A stretch of DNA of 64,000 nucleotides from an uncultured Bacteroidales bacterium (lineage in GTDB: Bacteria > Bacillota_I > Bacilli_A > ML615J-28 > CAG-698), in contig CAYPLR010000002.1 in NCBI GenBank assembly GCA_964411675.1, positions 25,536-89,535 of the forward strand, written 5' to 3'. Under the pieces are notes generated by a model. The model searched no databases, was not told where the DNA came from, and was given only the letters and a program-made list of their open reading frames with translations. Positions 19,137-29,693 of this stretch are shown here, piece by piece (within the stretch, counting starts at the first letter, position 1; each line of letters starts with the position of its first letter). Position numbers and translations under genes: made by a program.

Positions 19137-20483
19137 ATGAAACGAAGGATAATTGCTTTTTTAAAAGAAAACAATATAAATCTTAACGGAAAAAAAATAG
19201 TTTTGGCGGTATCAACAGGGATTGATTCTATGGTGATGCTTCATGTATTTATGCAGTTAATAAAAGAATTAAACTTTTCTGTTGTTGTTGCTCATGTGAA
19301 TCATCAAAAAAGAGTGCAATCACAAGAAGAAGAAGAATTCATCCGGAAGTTTTGCTTGGATAATCAATTAATTTGTTATGTGAAGAGATTAGATTTTTCT
19401 CATGTTACAGAGAATTTTCAAGCAGATGCTCGAAGAAAAAGATATGAATTTTTTCAAGAAGTTTTAGAGAAGGAAAACGCCGAGTATTTGGTATTAGCTC
19501 ATCATGGGAATGATGTATTGGAGACAATTATGATGCGATTATTAAGGGGAAGTTCATTAAGTGGTTATGCAGGAATGAAAGCTATCGTGCCTTTTAATAA
19601 CAAAACCATTCTTCGTCCATTCCTTACTGTGTTGAAATGTGATATTGAACAATATCAACAATTACATCATATTGAGTATTATGAGGATCAATCAAATATA
19701 GAGGATTTGTATACTCGTAATCGACTTCGCAAAGAAGTTATTCCTGCTTTGATTAAGGAAGATCAAAATGTCCACTTAAAGTTTTTAGAATTCTCTGAAA
19801 CTTTGGAAGAAGCTAGTGCAGAAATTCATAAAATTCGTGATGATTTCATTCAAAAAAAAGTGACTTCTGATCAAGAAAAAGTATCGTTTAATATCCTAGA
19901 TTTTAAAAAGCTTTCAACATATATGCAAACGGAAGTACTCTATGAACTTCTTAAAAGTTACAATTTGGGAAAAGCGAACATTGTGGAATTGTTGAAATTG
20001 ATAAATTCTAGTAAAGCAAATCATGAAGTTTTATACAAAAAAGATTTAACATTTGTAAAAGAATACAATAAAATTTATTTCTTCTTTAAAGAGTTAATCA
20101 GTGAGAACATAAATATTGTGATTTCTGAATGTAAAAAGTATCTAGTTAATGACACTATTGCAATAAATGTAACAAAAAAAACAGCAGAAAATATTACAAA
20201 TGACAACTGTTTATGTTATAATAGTAACAACTTACCATTAGTGCTTCGTTCCCGAAAACCTGCAGATAAAATAAAACTTTCTCAAGGCTATAAAAAAGTC
20301 AAAGATTTATTGATTGACAAAAAAATAGGAATCTTACAAAGAAAAAGAGTTTTAATTTTAGAAGATGGTTCTCATGAAATATTAGCTGTTTTAGGGATCA
20401 AGAAAAGCGAAAAATTAAAAGAAATAAAAATCAAAGATATTATGATATCATTGGAGGAAAAAACAAATGGACAAATTTATTGA
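19137..20483 (+). CDS. tilS: tRNA(Ile)-lysidine synthetase
   Basis: PP-loop SGGxDS (LAVSTGIDSMVML). Conserved tilS-hpt-ftsH gene order. -10 TAGTATAAT and RBS GAGGAAAAAG upstream. Confidence 0.85.
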   Translation: MKRRIIAFLKENNINLNGKKIVLAVSTGIDSMVMLHVFMQLIKELNFSVVVAHVNHQKRVQSQEEEEFIRKFCLDNQLICYVKRLDFSHVTENFQADARRKRYEFFQEVLEKENAEYLVLAHHGNDVLETIMMRLLRGSSLSGYAGMKAIVPFNNKTILRPFLTVLKCDIEQYQQLHHIEYYEDQSNIEDLYTRNRLRKEVIPALIKEDQNVHLKFLEFSETLEEASAEIHKIRDDFIQKKVTSDQEKVSFNILDFKKLSTYMQTEVLYELLKSYNLGKANIVELLKLINSSKANHEVLYKKDLTFVKEYNKIYFFFKELISENINIVISECKKYLVNDTIAINVTKKTAENITNDNCLCYNSNNLPLVLRSRKPADKIKLSQGYKKVKDLLIDKKIGILQRKRVLILEDGSHEILAVLGIKKSEKLKEIKIKDIMISLEEKTNGQIY

Positions 20484-21006
20484 GGAAGTTTTGTTCACCC
20501 ATGAAGAAATCGTTGAAAAAAGTAAAGAATTAGGTAAAATTCTTACAAAAGATTATCAAGATAAATGTCCAGTTTTAATTGGTTTATTAAAGGGATGTGT
20601 GCCATTTATGGCTGAATTAATCAAACACATCAAATGCGATTTGGAAATTGATTTCATGAAAGCTTCTAGTTATGAAGGAACCTGTTCAACAGGAACAGTT
20701 ACCATAACAAAGGATATGAATACTTCTGTTGTTGGACGTCATGTTATTATTGTAGAAGATATTGTTGATAGTGGACTAACCTTACAACAAGTAATGAATT
20801 TATTAAGAGATCGTAAGGCAGCAAGTATTGAAGTAGTTGCCCTTTTAGATAAGCCAGCAGGAAGAACAATCAAATGTTTTGAACCAAAATATGTTGGTTT
20901 TATAATTCCACCAAAGTTTGTTGTAGGCTTTGGACTTGATTATAATGAATTGTATCGAAATTTAGATTATGTAGGAGTGTTAAAAAAATCTGTTTATGAG
21001 AAATAA
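20467..21006 (+). CDS. hpt: hypoxanthine phosphoribosyltransferase
   Basis: PRPP-binding motif VIIVEDIVDSGLTL. RBS GGAGGA. Start overlaps the tilS 3' end. Confidence 0.9.
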   Translation: MDKFIEEVLFTHEEIVEKSKELGKILTKDYQDKCPVLIGLLKGCVPFMAELIKHIKCDLEIDFMKASSYEGTCSTGTVTITKDMNTSVVGRHVIIVEDIVDSGLTLQQVMNLLRDRKAASIEVVALLDKPAGRTIKCFEPKYVGFIIPPKFVVGFGLDYNELYRNLDYVGVLKKSVYEK

Positions 21007-21019
21007 GGAGGTGGTGTAA

Positions 21020-23110
21020 ATGCCACAACAACAAGAGGGATCAAGAAAATTTAAAAAATCAGATATAGGATTATTAATTGTTTTCGTCGCTATTTTAGTG
21101 GGAATATTTATTTTAGTTAATAATTCATTAGGAAAGCCTGATGAATTAACCCAATATGATTTTCATGAGCTATTAGAAGATGAAAAATTAAAATCAATTA
21201 ATATCAAACCTATTGGAGGAGATAACAAAGATTTCTTTGAAGTATATGGTACCTATTTAGATGCTACGAACGAAGAAAAGAATTACTCCACTGTATTGTC
21301 TATTGAATATGTAAATGAAAATATTTTAAGTACTGAGGGAATGGCAAAATACAACATCAATCCTAAAATTGTAAAATTGGTTACAGTGGATTGGTTTAGT
21401 ATCATTTTTATGGTAGTTTTACCAATAGCATTAATTGTTGGTTTTGTTGTTTTCATTAGTAAAAACGCGAATAATAGTAATAATAAAGCCTTTGAATTTG
21501 CAAAAACAAGAGCAAAATTAAGTAAAAAAACAGACACAACATTTAAAGATGTTGCTGGTTGTGATGAAGAAAAACAAGAGTTAGAAGAGATTATTGACTT
21601 TTTAAAGAATCCAAGAAAATATTTTGAAATTGGAGCAAGAATACCGAAGGGTGTTTTATTAATTGGCCCTCCAGGAACAGGTAAAACTTTACTTGCAAGA
21701 GCGGTTGCTGGTGAAGCAAAAGTTCCATTTTATTCTATTTCAGGTAGTGATTTCGTTGAAATGTTTGTTGGAGTAGGTGCTAGCCGTGTTCGTGATATGT
21801 TTAAAACAGCGAAACAGACAGCCCCATGCATTGTTTTTATCGATGAAATTGATGCTGTAGGTCGTCAAAGAGGAGCAGGTCTTGGTGGTGGACATGATGA
21901 AAGAGAACAAACATTAAATCAATTGTTGGTTGAAATGGATGGATTTGCTCAAAATAGTGGTGTTATTGTTATGGCAGCCACAAATAGAGCGGATATTCTT
22001 GATCCTGCTTTATTACGTCCAGGAAGATTCGATCGCCAGATTAGAATTAGTAATCCTGATGTAAAGGGAAGAAAAGAAATCATGCAAGTGCATGCACGTA
22101 ATAAGAAATTATCACCAAAGATTAATCTTGAAGACATCGCTCGTCGTACACCAGGCTTTAGTGGTGCTGATTTAGAAAACTTACTAAATGAAGCAGCATT
22201 ATTAGCGGCACGTGAGAATCGTCGAGAAATTAAAATTTACGATATTGATGAAGCCATCGATAGAGTATTAATGGGACCTGCAAAACGAAGTCGTAAATAT
22301 TCAGAAAAAGAAAAACAAATCGTTTCTTATCATGAATCAGGACATGCTGTTTTAGGTGTTAAATTAGAGAATGCCGAGATTGTTCAAAAAGTTACCATTG
22401 TCCCACGGGGTGATGCTGGTGGATATTCAATGATGACACCAGAAGAGGAAAGATTCTTACAAACGAAACAAGGATTACTAGATACGATTACAGGCCTTTT
22501 AGGTGGGCGAGTTGCTGAAGAGCTTATGACAACCGAAATTACTACGGGAGCTCATAATGACTTCCAAAAAGCTACTTTAATTGCAAGGGCAATGGTCACT
22601 GAATATGGAATGAGCGAATTAGGACCAATCCAATATGAGCAAAGAAGCCAAACAGTCTTCCTTGGTCGTGACTATATGAGTGATAAAAACTTCTCTGATC
22701 AAGTTGCGATGGAGATTGACCATGCCGTTCGTAATATTATTGAAGAATGCTATCAAAGAGCCAAAACGGTATTAACAGAAAATAAAGATTTGTTAATTAA
22801 TATTGCTAAACACCTAATGGATATTGAAACACTAACAAAAGAAGACATTTATGAAATCGTAAATACAGGTCGTCTTGAGTGGTGGGAAAAGAAAAAAGCC
22901 AAAGAGGAAGCTCAAAAAATAGCTGCTGAGAAGGAACAAGAATTAAATGAAATCTATCAAAAGCAATTAAAAGCAATGGAAGAAGCAAAAAAAGCTAGTG
23001 GTGAAACAGCTTCACCAAGTACAAGCAATGTTGATCCAGCTGCAGATTCTAAAGAATTGTTCCGTGAAGCATTGGCTAAAGATGAGAAAGAAAAACCTGA
23101 GGAAAAATAA
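21020..23110 (+). CDS. ftsH: ATP-dependent zinc metalloprotease FtsH
   Basis: Two N-terminal TM helices, AAA+ Walker [12 protein letters not shown], and the HEXXH zinc motif HESGHA. C-terminal K/E-rich tail. RBS GGAGGTGG. Confidence 0.95.
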   Translation: MPQQQEGSRKFKKSDIGLLIVFVAILVGIFILVNNSLGKPDELTQYDFHELLEDEKLKSINIKPIGGDNKDFFEVYGTYLDATNEEKNYSTVLSIEYVNENILSTEGMAKYNINPKIVKLVTVDWFSIIFMVVLPIALIVGFVVFISKNANNSNNKAFEFAKTRAKLSKKTDTTFKDVAGCDEEKQELEEIIDFLKNPRKYFEIGARIPKGVLLIGPPGTGKTLLARAVAGEAKVPFYSISGSDFVEMFVGVGASRVRDMFKTAKQTAPCIVFIDEIDAVGRQRGAGLGGGHDEREQTLNQLLVEMDGFAQNSGVIVMAATNRADILDPALLRPGRFDRQIRISNPDVKGRKEIMQVHARNKKLSPKINLEDIARRTPGFSGADLENLLNEAALLAARENRREIKIYDIDEAIDRVLMGPAKRSRKYSEKEKQIVSYHESGHAVLGVKLENAEIVQKVTIVPRGDAGGYSMMTPEEERFLQTKQGLLDTITGLLGGRVAEELMTTEITTGAHNDFQKATLIARAMVTEYGMSELGPIQYEQRSQTVFLGRDYMSDKNFSDQVAMEIDHAVRNIIEECYQRAKTVLTENKDLLINIAKHLMDIETLTKEDIYEIVNTGRLEWWEKKKAKEEAQKIAAEKEQELNEIYQKQLKAMEEAKKASGETASPSTSNVDPAADSKELFREALAKDEKEKPEEK

Positions 23111-23364
23111 TGAGAGTAGATAAGTTTCTCAAGGTTTCGCGCTTAATTAAAAGAAGAACGGTAGCGAAAGAAGCAAGTGACAGCGATAAAATTATCGTGA
23201 ATGGAAAGATTGCTAAACCAAGTACTATTTTAAAAATAGGCGATAAATTGGAAATAAATTATTTCAAGAAAAAAATGATAGTTATCGTAAAAGCTTTGAC
23301 AACTTCAACAAAAAAAGAAGATGCCGATGCGATGTATGACGTCATAGAAATCATTGATAATTAA
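23110..23364 (+). CDS. S4-domain RNA-binding protein (Hsp15/YabO-like)
   Basis: 84 aa, [21 protein letters not shown]... S4 fold. Start overlaps the ftsH stop (TAATG). Confidence 0.7.
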   Translation: MRVDKFLKVSRLIKRRTVAKEASDSDKIIVNGKIAKPSTILKIGDKLEINYFKKKMIVIVKALTTSTKKEDADAMYDVIEIIDN

Positions 23365-23395
23365 TGCAAAGTGAAAAAAACTTTGCATTTTTTTA
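23365..23395 (+). terminator. rho-independent terminator
   Basis: TGCAAAG-tgaaaaaaa-CTTTGCA followed by T7. Confidence 0.75.
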
Positions 23396-23468
23396 TGTAA
23401 AAAAATGCTTTTGATTTTCTTTATAAAAGCAATAACATGTGGTATAATAATTAAAAAGAGGTATGGTT

Positions 23469-24761
23469 ATGAAAAAAGGTTTAAAAATTGCTATTATCGG
23501 TTCAGGAAGTACTTATACACCTGAATTAATTGAAGGATTCATTAATAAAAAAGATTCTTTACCATTAAAAGAATTGTTCCTAATGGATATTGAAGAGCGA
23601 AAATTGAATATTGTTGGGGGCTTATGCGAGCGTATGATTAAAGCAGCAGGATTAGCCTGTAAAGTAGTATTAACAACAGACTTGACTGCATCGCTTGATA
23701 AAGCAGATTTTGTATTGGCTCAAATCAGGGTAGGGAAACTTCCGGCACGAGTTCTCGACGAAAGAATACCTTTAAAATATGATTTAATTGGCCAAGAAAC
23801 AAATGGCATAGGCGGATTTTTCAAAGGAATGAGAACAATACCTGCAATTATGGAGATTGTTCATAAAATGGAAGAATTGTGTCCAAATGCTTGGCTAATC
23901 AATTTTTCTAATCCTTCCGGAATGATTGCAGAAGCGGTTTTAAATCATAGTAAAATTAAAATGATGGGTCTATGTAACGTTCCGATTAATATGATTGATA
24001 GTTTGAAAAAAAGATTAGCAATCCCTGATGCTGAAGTTGAATATGTTGGCTTAAATCACTTAAGTTGGATTACTTCAATCAAGTATAAAGGTGTTGATTA
24101 CCTACAAAAAGCAATTAATGAAGGAATCAATAGTGAAGCCATGAAAAATATTCCTGCAAGTGGGTTCACTGCTGAATTAATCAAAACTGTTGGAGCGATT
24201 CCTTCCTCATATTTAGAATACTATTATTTTAAAGATCAAAAATTAGCAAAAGCAAAAGAAGTAGAAAAATGTCGAGCTGAAGTATGTATGGAAATAGAAG
24301 AGCAATTATTAGATATCTATTCTAATAGCGAACTTCATGTAAAACCAGAACTACTAAGTAAACGAGGAGGCTCTCGCTACTCTGAAGTTGCAATTAATTT
24401 AGTAGATGCGATATACAACGATAAAAATGACATCCAAGTAGTAAATGTATTAAATAAGGGAGCAATTCCTTTTATGGGAGATAATGATGCTGTGGAAGTG
24501 TGCGCCGTTATTGGTAAAGATGGAGCGAAACCGATAAAAACGCATTTTAAGAATGAGCATATCAAAGAATATATGTTAATGATGAAAGCTTATGAAAAGC
24601 ATGCTGTGATAGCAGCATTAACTGGTGATGAGGATGAAGCAATTAGAGCATTAATGATTAATCCTTTGGTTTTTGATTATAAGAAACTATACCCTTGTTT
24701 TCAAGAATTAAAAGAAGTACATAAAACTCACTTACCTCAATTCTTTAAGAAAGAGAAATAA
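23469..24761 (+). CDS. glycoside hydrolase family 4 (NAD+/Mn2+-dependent 6-phospho-beta-glucosidase-like)
   Basis: N-terminal Rossmann motif KIAIIGSGSTYTPE and GH4 catalytic Cys region MMGLCNVPI. AAGAGGT sits 6 nt before ATG 23469. The ORF-track start 23463 has a 0-nt spacer. Confidence 0.75.
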   Translation: MKKGLKIAIIGSGSTYTPELIEGFINKKDSLPLKELFLMDIEERKLNIVGGLCERMIKAAGLACKVVLTTDLTASLDKADFVLAQIRVGKLPARVLDERIPLKYDLIGQETNGIGGFFKGMRTIPAIMEIVHKMEELCPNAWLINFSNPSGMIAEAVLNHSKIKMMGLCNVPINMIDSLKKRLAIPDAEVEYVGLNHLSWITSIKYKGVDYLQKAINEGINSEAMKNIPASGFTAELIKTVGAIPSSYLEYYYFKDQKLAKAKEVEKCRAEVCMEIEEQLLDIYSNSELHVKPELLSKRGGSRYSEVAINLVDAIYNDKNDIQVVNVLNKGAIPFMGDNDAVEVCAVIGKDGAKPIKTHFKNEHIKEYMLMMKAYEKHAVIAALTGDEDEAIRALMINPLVFDYKKLYPCFQELKEVHKTHLPQFFKKEK

Positions 24762-24764
24762 AAC

Positions 24765-25781
24765 ATGAAAGAATATATCATTGGAGTAGATGGTGGTAAT
24801 ACCAAAACAGATTACTTCTTATTTGATATTACCGGTAATTTTATTGATTTTTATCGTGGTGGGACTTGTAGTCATGAAGGATTACATGATAGTTTTACTG
24901 GCTCATATAGAGTAATGAATGAGGTTTTCACAAGCCTATTTCAGAAGAATAATATCAATATCAAGCAAATAAAGACAGCTGTGTTTGGTTTAGCGGGTGT
25001 AGACACTCCATTTCAAAAAGCAAAACTTGAAGAAGTGATACAAATGTTAGGATTCACACAATTTAAAGTTGTTAATGATTCTTTTTTAGGAATTAAAGCA
25101 GGGACTACTAACGGGTATGGTGTTTGTTCTATTAATGGGACAGGAACATCAAGTGGAGGAATTGACCTAGATGGTAAAGATCTACAAGTCGGTGGTATTG
25201 GTGCTATTGTAGGAGATGAAGCGGGTGGATCTTGGATAGCTAGACAAGCGATTAGAGTTGTTTATGATGCCTGTTACCGTTTTGGGCAACAAACTTTATT
25301 AACAGAAATTGTCATGAAAGAATTAGGTGTTAATGATAAATATTATTTAATGGAAGCAATTAGCAAAAACTTGACTCAACGCAAGATTAATCTAACAACA
25401 TTAACAATTGCTGTCTTCGAATGTGCTAATAAAAATGATCAAGTAGCACTTCAAATCTTAAAAAACATGGCTGATAATCTTGCAAGAAGCGCTGGCGGCT
25501 GTGTAGTCAATCTTAATTTTCCAGAAAAAGTTGAGATTGTATTGGCTGGAAGTGTTTGGGTAAAAGGATCATGTCCGGTTTTAATCGAAGAATTCACAAA
25601 AAAAATTGAAGAATATACCAATAAAAAATGTAACATAATTACTTTAAACGTTCCACCAGCAACAGGTGCTATTGTATGGGCATTAGAACTTGCCACAGGA
25701 AAGTTCCCTGATTATGAAACAAGAAAGTTAATCAGTGGTAACGTTGAAAAAGAATTAGGAAGAATAGAACGTCACGAATAA
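24765..25781 (+). CDS. BadF/BadG/BcrA/BcrD-type ATPase (N-acetylglucosamine-kinase-like sugar kinase)
   Basis: N-terminal phosphate-1 motif IIGVDGGNTKTD, plus GLAGVD and GTGTSSGG motifs. Confidence 0.7.
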   Translation: MKEYIIGVDGGNTKTDYFLFDITGNFIDFYRGGTCSHEGLHDSFTGSYRVMNEVFTSLFQKNNINIKQIKTAVFGLAGVDTPFQKAKLEEVIQMLGFTQFKVVNDSFLGIKAGTTNGYGVCSINGTGTSSGGIDLDGKDLQVGGIGAIVGDEAGGSWIARQAIRVVYDACYRFGQQTLLTEIVMKELGVNDKYYLMEAISKNLTQRKINLTTLTIAVFECANKNDQVALQILKNMADNLARSAGGCVVNLNFPEKVEIVLAGSVWVKGSCPVLIEEFTKKIEEYTNKKCNIITLNVPPATGAIVWALELATGKFPDYETRKLISGNVEKELGRIERHE

Positions 25782-25782
25782 T

Positions 25783-26358
25783 ATGAAAATTATATTAGGG
25801 TCAAAGTCACCACGAAGAAAAGAACTACTAAAACAAATGGGGATTTCTTTTGAAGTTTATACGTTAGATGTAAATGAAGATATTAAAGATTTTAAAGATC
25901 CTCAGGACTATGTTACTAAAACAGCATTGAAAAAGGGAAAAGCAATATCACAAGTTTTTCCTAATGACATCGTTATTTGTGCAGATACGATTGTCGCGCA
26001 TAACAATCGTATTTTAGAAAAACCTAAAACTAAAGAGGAAGCATACCAAATGATTCAGGAATTGCAAGGAGATGCTCACTTTGTTTATACAGCGGTATAC
26101 TTAGGACTAAACGATAAGATTGAAGTATTTGTTGAGGAAACAAAAGTAACAATTGATCATATGAGCGAAGCTGAAATCGAAGAATATGTCAATACAAAAG
26201 AACCCTATGATAAAGCTGGTGCTTATGCAATTCAAGGATTTTTTGGAAGATATGTACAAAAGATTGAGGGAGATTACTATAATGTAATGGGACTACCAGT
26301 GAATAGGGTATATCGTGAAATTAAAAAATTAGGATTAACATTGGAGTTAGAGCGTTGA
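25783..26358 (+). CDS. maf: Maf-family nucleoside triphosphate pyrophosphatase
   Basis: MKIILGSKSPRRKELL start, plus DTIV and AGAYAIQG motifs. Confidence 0.85.
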   Translation: MKIILGSKSPRRKELLKQMGISFEVYTLDVNEDIKDFKDPQDYVTKTALKKGKAISQVFPNDIVICADTIVAHNNRILEKPKTKEEAYQMIQELQGDAHFVYTAVYLGLNDKIEVFVEETKVTIDHMSEAEIEEYVNTKEPYDKAGAYAIQGFFGRYVQKIEGDYYNVMGLPVNRVYREIKKLGLTLELER

Positions 26359-26379
26359 AAAAGTCAACGCTCATTTTTT
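26350..26379 (+). terminator. rho-independent terminator after maf
   Basis: GAGCGTTGA-aaaag-TCAACGCTC followed by ATTTTTTA. Confidence 0.75.
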
Positions 26380-26439
26380 ATATTTGTAAATAATGTCCAA
26401 GTGAGGATATATTTCATAGATACTCCCTTTATGGGGAAA

Positions 26440-26476
26440 ATAAAAACCACCTTTTTATCATTTTAAAAAGGTGGCT
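26440..26476 (-). terminator. rho-independent terminator of the minus-strand M42 peptidase gene
   Basis: On the minus strand: CCACCTTTTT-aaaatgat-AAAAAGGTGG followed by TTTTTATTTT, 30 nt after the stop. Confidence 0.7.
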
Positions 26477-26504
26477 TGTCATCGTTCTGACTCGGATGTT
26501 AATT

Positions 26505-27536
26505 CTATTTTTTTTCATTGTATTCAATTAGTAGTTTTAATGTGTTAATTACTCCATCAATATGTGTTCTTTCCATTCCATGAGAAGCATGAACACCAGG
26601 ACCAATTAAAGCCCCTCTAATGTTGTTTCCCGCTTTTAATGCAGCAGAAACATCAGAACCATAAAATGGATAGATATCAACTACATAAGATAATTTTGCG
26701 TTTTTTGCACAGGAAATTAAATCATTGGTTAAATCTAGATTATAGGGACCGCTAGTATCTTTAGCACAAATGGAAACATCATATTCTGTACAAGACAAGT
26801 CTTCTCCAATACACCCCATGTCTACAGCGATTAATTCATCCACCTCTGGAATATAACTAGCACCAAATCCAACTTCTTCGTTTGTTGAAAAAATAAATTT
26901 CAATGTGTTTTTTGGCTCAATATTATTTTCTAGTAAATAATCGATAAATCCAAATAAAATAGCGACGCTTATTTTATCATCTAAGAATCTAGATTTAATA
27001 AAACCAGAAGGAGTAATAACTGTCTTAGGGTCTAGAACAATGAAGTCACCATTTCCGATTCCCAAATCAAGTACATCTTGTTTGTTTTTAACTTTTTCAT
27101 CAAGACGAACAAACATATTAGCATCATCACGTGGAAGCGTGCGAGAATCTTTATAAACGTGAACAGAAGGTGCTGCGGATAAAAATGTACCTGTAAACTT
27201 TCTTCCATTGCGGGTAATAATATAGCAATATTCTCCATCATAAGTTGGAAGTATTGGCCCTCCAAGGACACTAAACTTTAATTCACCCTTGCTTGTGATA
27301 CTTCTTACCATAGCTCCTAAAGTATCAACATGAGCAGAAAAACCAGTTATCTTTTTGCCTTTTCCTGGAATAGTGATTACTAAATTACCATTTTTCGAAA
27401 CCTCATGCATAAGATTGCGCTTTTTTGCTTCCTCTTTTAGAAACTCAACAGCGACATTTGTATATCCTGATGGGCTTGGAATACTTAGAATATCTTTTGT
27501 AAATGCTAATAATTTTTCTTGGTTAATTGATTTCAT
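26505..27536 (-). CDS. M42-family aminopeptidase (FrvX/cellulase-M-like)
   Basis: Metal-ligand motifs SAHVDTLG, FLDDKISV and TNEEVGFGA. ATG 27536 follows AAAGGT. The ORF-track start 27557 has no RBS. Confidence 0.8.
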   Translation of the reverse strand: MKSINQEKLLAFTKDILSIPSPSGYTNVAVEFLKEEAKKRNLMHEVSKNGNLVITIPGKGKKITGFSAHVDTLGAMVRSITSKGELKFSVLGGPILPTYDGEYCYIITRNGRKFTGTFLSAAPSVHVYKDSRTLPRDDANMFVRLDEKVKNKQDVLDLGIGNGDFIVLDPKTVITPSGFIKSRFLDDKISVAILFGFIDYLLENNIEPKNTLKFIFSTNEEVGFGASYIPEVDELIAVDMGCIGEDLSCTEYDVSICAKDTSGPYNLDLTNDLISCAKNAKLSYVVDIYPFYGSDVSAALKAGNNIRGALIGPGVHASHGMERTHIDGVINTLKLLIEYNEKK

Positions 27537-28413
27537 TTTTGTTTTTACCTTTCGCATGGACTAGTATTTTGTTTAATTCTTCTTCACTATATCGGTACAC
27601 TTCTTTACAATAGTGACAAATAACTTCCGCTTTATGATCTTTTGTAATCATTTCATTTATTTCTTCTTTTCCTAGAGAAGCAATTCCTCCAGCAAATTTT
27701 TCTTTTGAACAATTGCATTTAAATTGTATCTCTTTCGTTTCTATGATGTGATAATCATCCTTAAAAATAAGTTTTAATATCTCTTCTTGATTAGGATATT
27801 CCATTAATAATTTTGAAAAAGAACTTAGTAATTTAATTCTACTCTCAAGAAAATCGATATCCTCTTCTAATGCATCGGGTAATAACTGAATTAAAATACC
27901 TCCAAACACTTGAGCGAAGCCATCAGTTGTAAAATATGATCCTAGACTTATTAAAGAAGGAGTTTGCTCGCTAGTTGTAAAGTAATAGGTGAAGTCTTTT
28001 GCTAAGTCTCCTGTTTGAATAGGAATTGTAGATATGAAAAAATCTTTTAGTTTTAAATCTTTAATAACTTCGATATAACCATTATATCCAAGTGTTGTAA
28101 CATCATCTATGGTTTGCTTGTTATCAAAATGAACATGTTCTCTACCTACATAACCACGAACGTTGCCTTTTGCATCAGCATCGGCAACAACATTGCCAAT
28201 GGGGCCATTACCATCAATTTTAATAGTAAGGGCTTCTTCCCCTTTCAACATTGCTCCCATCATTATCCCAATAGTCATTGTCTTTCCCAGAACAGAAGCT
28301 GCACTAGGCCATAGATCATGACGTTTAATTGCTTCATTTGTGATATCAACAGAATTAGCAAGAAAAACTCTTACTCTTTCATTTAGTGCTAGAGCTTTTA
28401 TTAAAATACCCAT
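27523..28413 (-). CDS. hslO: redox-regulated chaperone Hsp33
   Basis: C-terminal zinc centre CNCSKEKF...CHYCKEVY. GGAGGAG sits 5 nt before ATG 28413; the upstream 15 codons of the ORF-track call lack an RBS. Confidence 0.85.
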   Translation of the reverse strand: MGILIKALALNERVRVFLANSVDITNEAIKRHDLWPSAASVLGKTMTIGIMMGAMLKGEEALTIKIDGNGPIGNVVADADAKGNVRGYVGREHVHFDNKQTIDDVTTLGYNGYIEVIKDLKLKDFFISTIPIQTGDLAKDFTYYFTTSEQTPSLISLGSYFTTDGFAQVFGGILIQLLPDALEEDIDFLESRIKLLSSFSKLLMEYPNQEEILKLIFKDDYHIIETKEIQFKCNCSKEKFAGGIASLGKEEINEMITKDHKAEVICHYCKEVYRYSEEELNKILVHAKGKNKNEIN

Positions 28414-28552
28414 TCTTCTCCTCCGTTTAATTACATATATTTTAGTATAAAATGTCATTTAAATCAACTTATTTGTAAATATTGTTTTCCATTATAAAAT
28501 AAAATATGTTATAATAGACAAAGAAAAATAGAAATTACTGAGAGGGACATCG

Positions 28553-29110
28553 ATGAATAAAATAGTTGTAAAAAGTCAATATTCAAAAAAAATGCATCTT
28601 GCATTTTATAAGTTTCATATGTTTAGAAAATCAACAAAAATATACTTTATCATGCTAATAGGAGTATTTACTTTATATCTAGCTATTAGATATTCGTTAT
28701 CAGCAGAAATGGATTCAACAAATCTAATGATTGTTTGGTCATTAGCAGCATTTTCTATCTTACTAACACCAATTATTATGATAACGAGAACAAGTTCTAT
28801 TGTCCGCCAAGAAGCAAATGAACGAAAAGACACTGTTGAAATCCTTGAAATCACAAAAGATAGGATTTTAAGAAAAGTGGAAAAAGCAGGTAGTGTTGCT
28901 ATTGGATGGTATAATGTAAGTAGTGTTTATGAAACAAAAGATGCTTTTTATTTCTATTTATCAGCAGAACAAGGATTAGTGGTTGTTAAAAAAGATATCA
29001 TTACTGGTGATACTGAATCATTAAGAAGCATTATCAGCAAAAACTTAAAACCGAATAAAAAGGGAAAAGTATCTTATAAAAAATGCTTTAAGGAAAGAAA
29101 CAATGATTAA
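28553..29110 (+). CDS. YcxB-like small membrane protein
   Basis: Two adjacent TM helices (IYFIMLIGVFTLYLAI / LMIVWSLAAFSILLTPIIMI) then a soluble domain. Paralogous to 45606 and 46313. -10 TATAAT and RBS GAGAGGGA upstream. Confidence 0.5.
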   Translation: MNKIVVKSQYSKKMHLAFYKFHMFRKSTKIYFIMLIGVFTLYLAIRYSLSAEMDSTNLMIVWSLAAFSILLTPIIMITRTSSIVRQEANERKDTVEILEITKDRILRKVEKAGSVAIGWYNVSSVYETKDAFYFYLSAEQGLVVVKKDIITGDTESLRSIISKNLKPNKKGKVSYKKCFKERNND

Positions 29111-29639
29111 TATTGAAGATTACAAAAGTTATTATCAAGATAATAATGATTTTTTTGCTTTGTTAATTGAAAACAATTCCTTGGTTTATGATCGACTTAG
29201 CGATGTGTTTAAAGTCTTAGGATTCATTGAGATGATGGTAGATATGTACCAAAAAATTGATGAAGAGTTAGAAATAATTTTTGAAACGGGGTTTAGTTAT
29301 TTTCATGAACAAATAGAGCAGATAAAAATCTATTACAAAGATTATTTTAAAGGAAACTTTATCAAGTTTGAACGTTATGCACAATTAATTAATTATAGTT
29401 TGTATCTAGATGACTTAGAAGAAGCACTAAATGAAAAAGAATTGTTAAACAAAGAAACAAAAGAAGCATTAACAGGATTAGGCCAAGAAATTGAAAATAT
29501 TCTTATAAAGCAAGAAAAATTTAGTGATGAAGATGTTGATCGATTTGATTTGATTGTTGGAGAACTTGTGAATTCTTCTAATCCAATTTATACAACTCAA
29601 GAAATATTTGCGATGATTGTTGAAGAATTGGAGTTATAA
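29103..29639 (+). CDS. hypothetical acidic cytoplasmic protein
   Basis: 178-aa ORF overlapping the previous stop. No recognisable motifs. Confidence 0.45.
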   Translation: MINIEDYKSYYQDNNDFFALLIENNSLVYDRLSDVFKVLGFIEMMVDMYQKIDEELEIIFETGFSYFHEQIEQIKIYYKDYFKGNFIKFERYAQLINYSLYLDDLEEALNEKELLNKETKEALTGLGQEIENILIKQEKFSDEDVDRFDLIVGELVNSSNPIYTTQEIFAMIVEELEL

Positions 29640-29660
29640 AAAAAGCCTCATAAAGAGGCT
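29634..29660 (-). terminator. rho-independent terminator of lysS (minus strand)
   Basis: On the minus strand: AGCCTC-tttat-GAGGCT followed by T7ATAA, 29 nt after the lysS stop. Confidence 0.65.
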
Positions 29661-29666
29661 ATAAGG

Positions 29667-29693
29667 CGTTAACATAGTTAACGTTTTTTTATT
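29667..29693 (+). terminator. rho-independent terminator of the plus-strand unit (overlaps lysS stop codon)
   Basis: CGTTAAC-ata-GTTAACG followed by T7ATTT. Confidence 0.65.

Noticed and set aside
18986-19186. 66-aa ORF between ltaS-like gene and tilS
   Set aside because: It overlaps the terminator hairpin and the tilS promoter and RBS. It has no SD and its codon usage is atypical.
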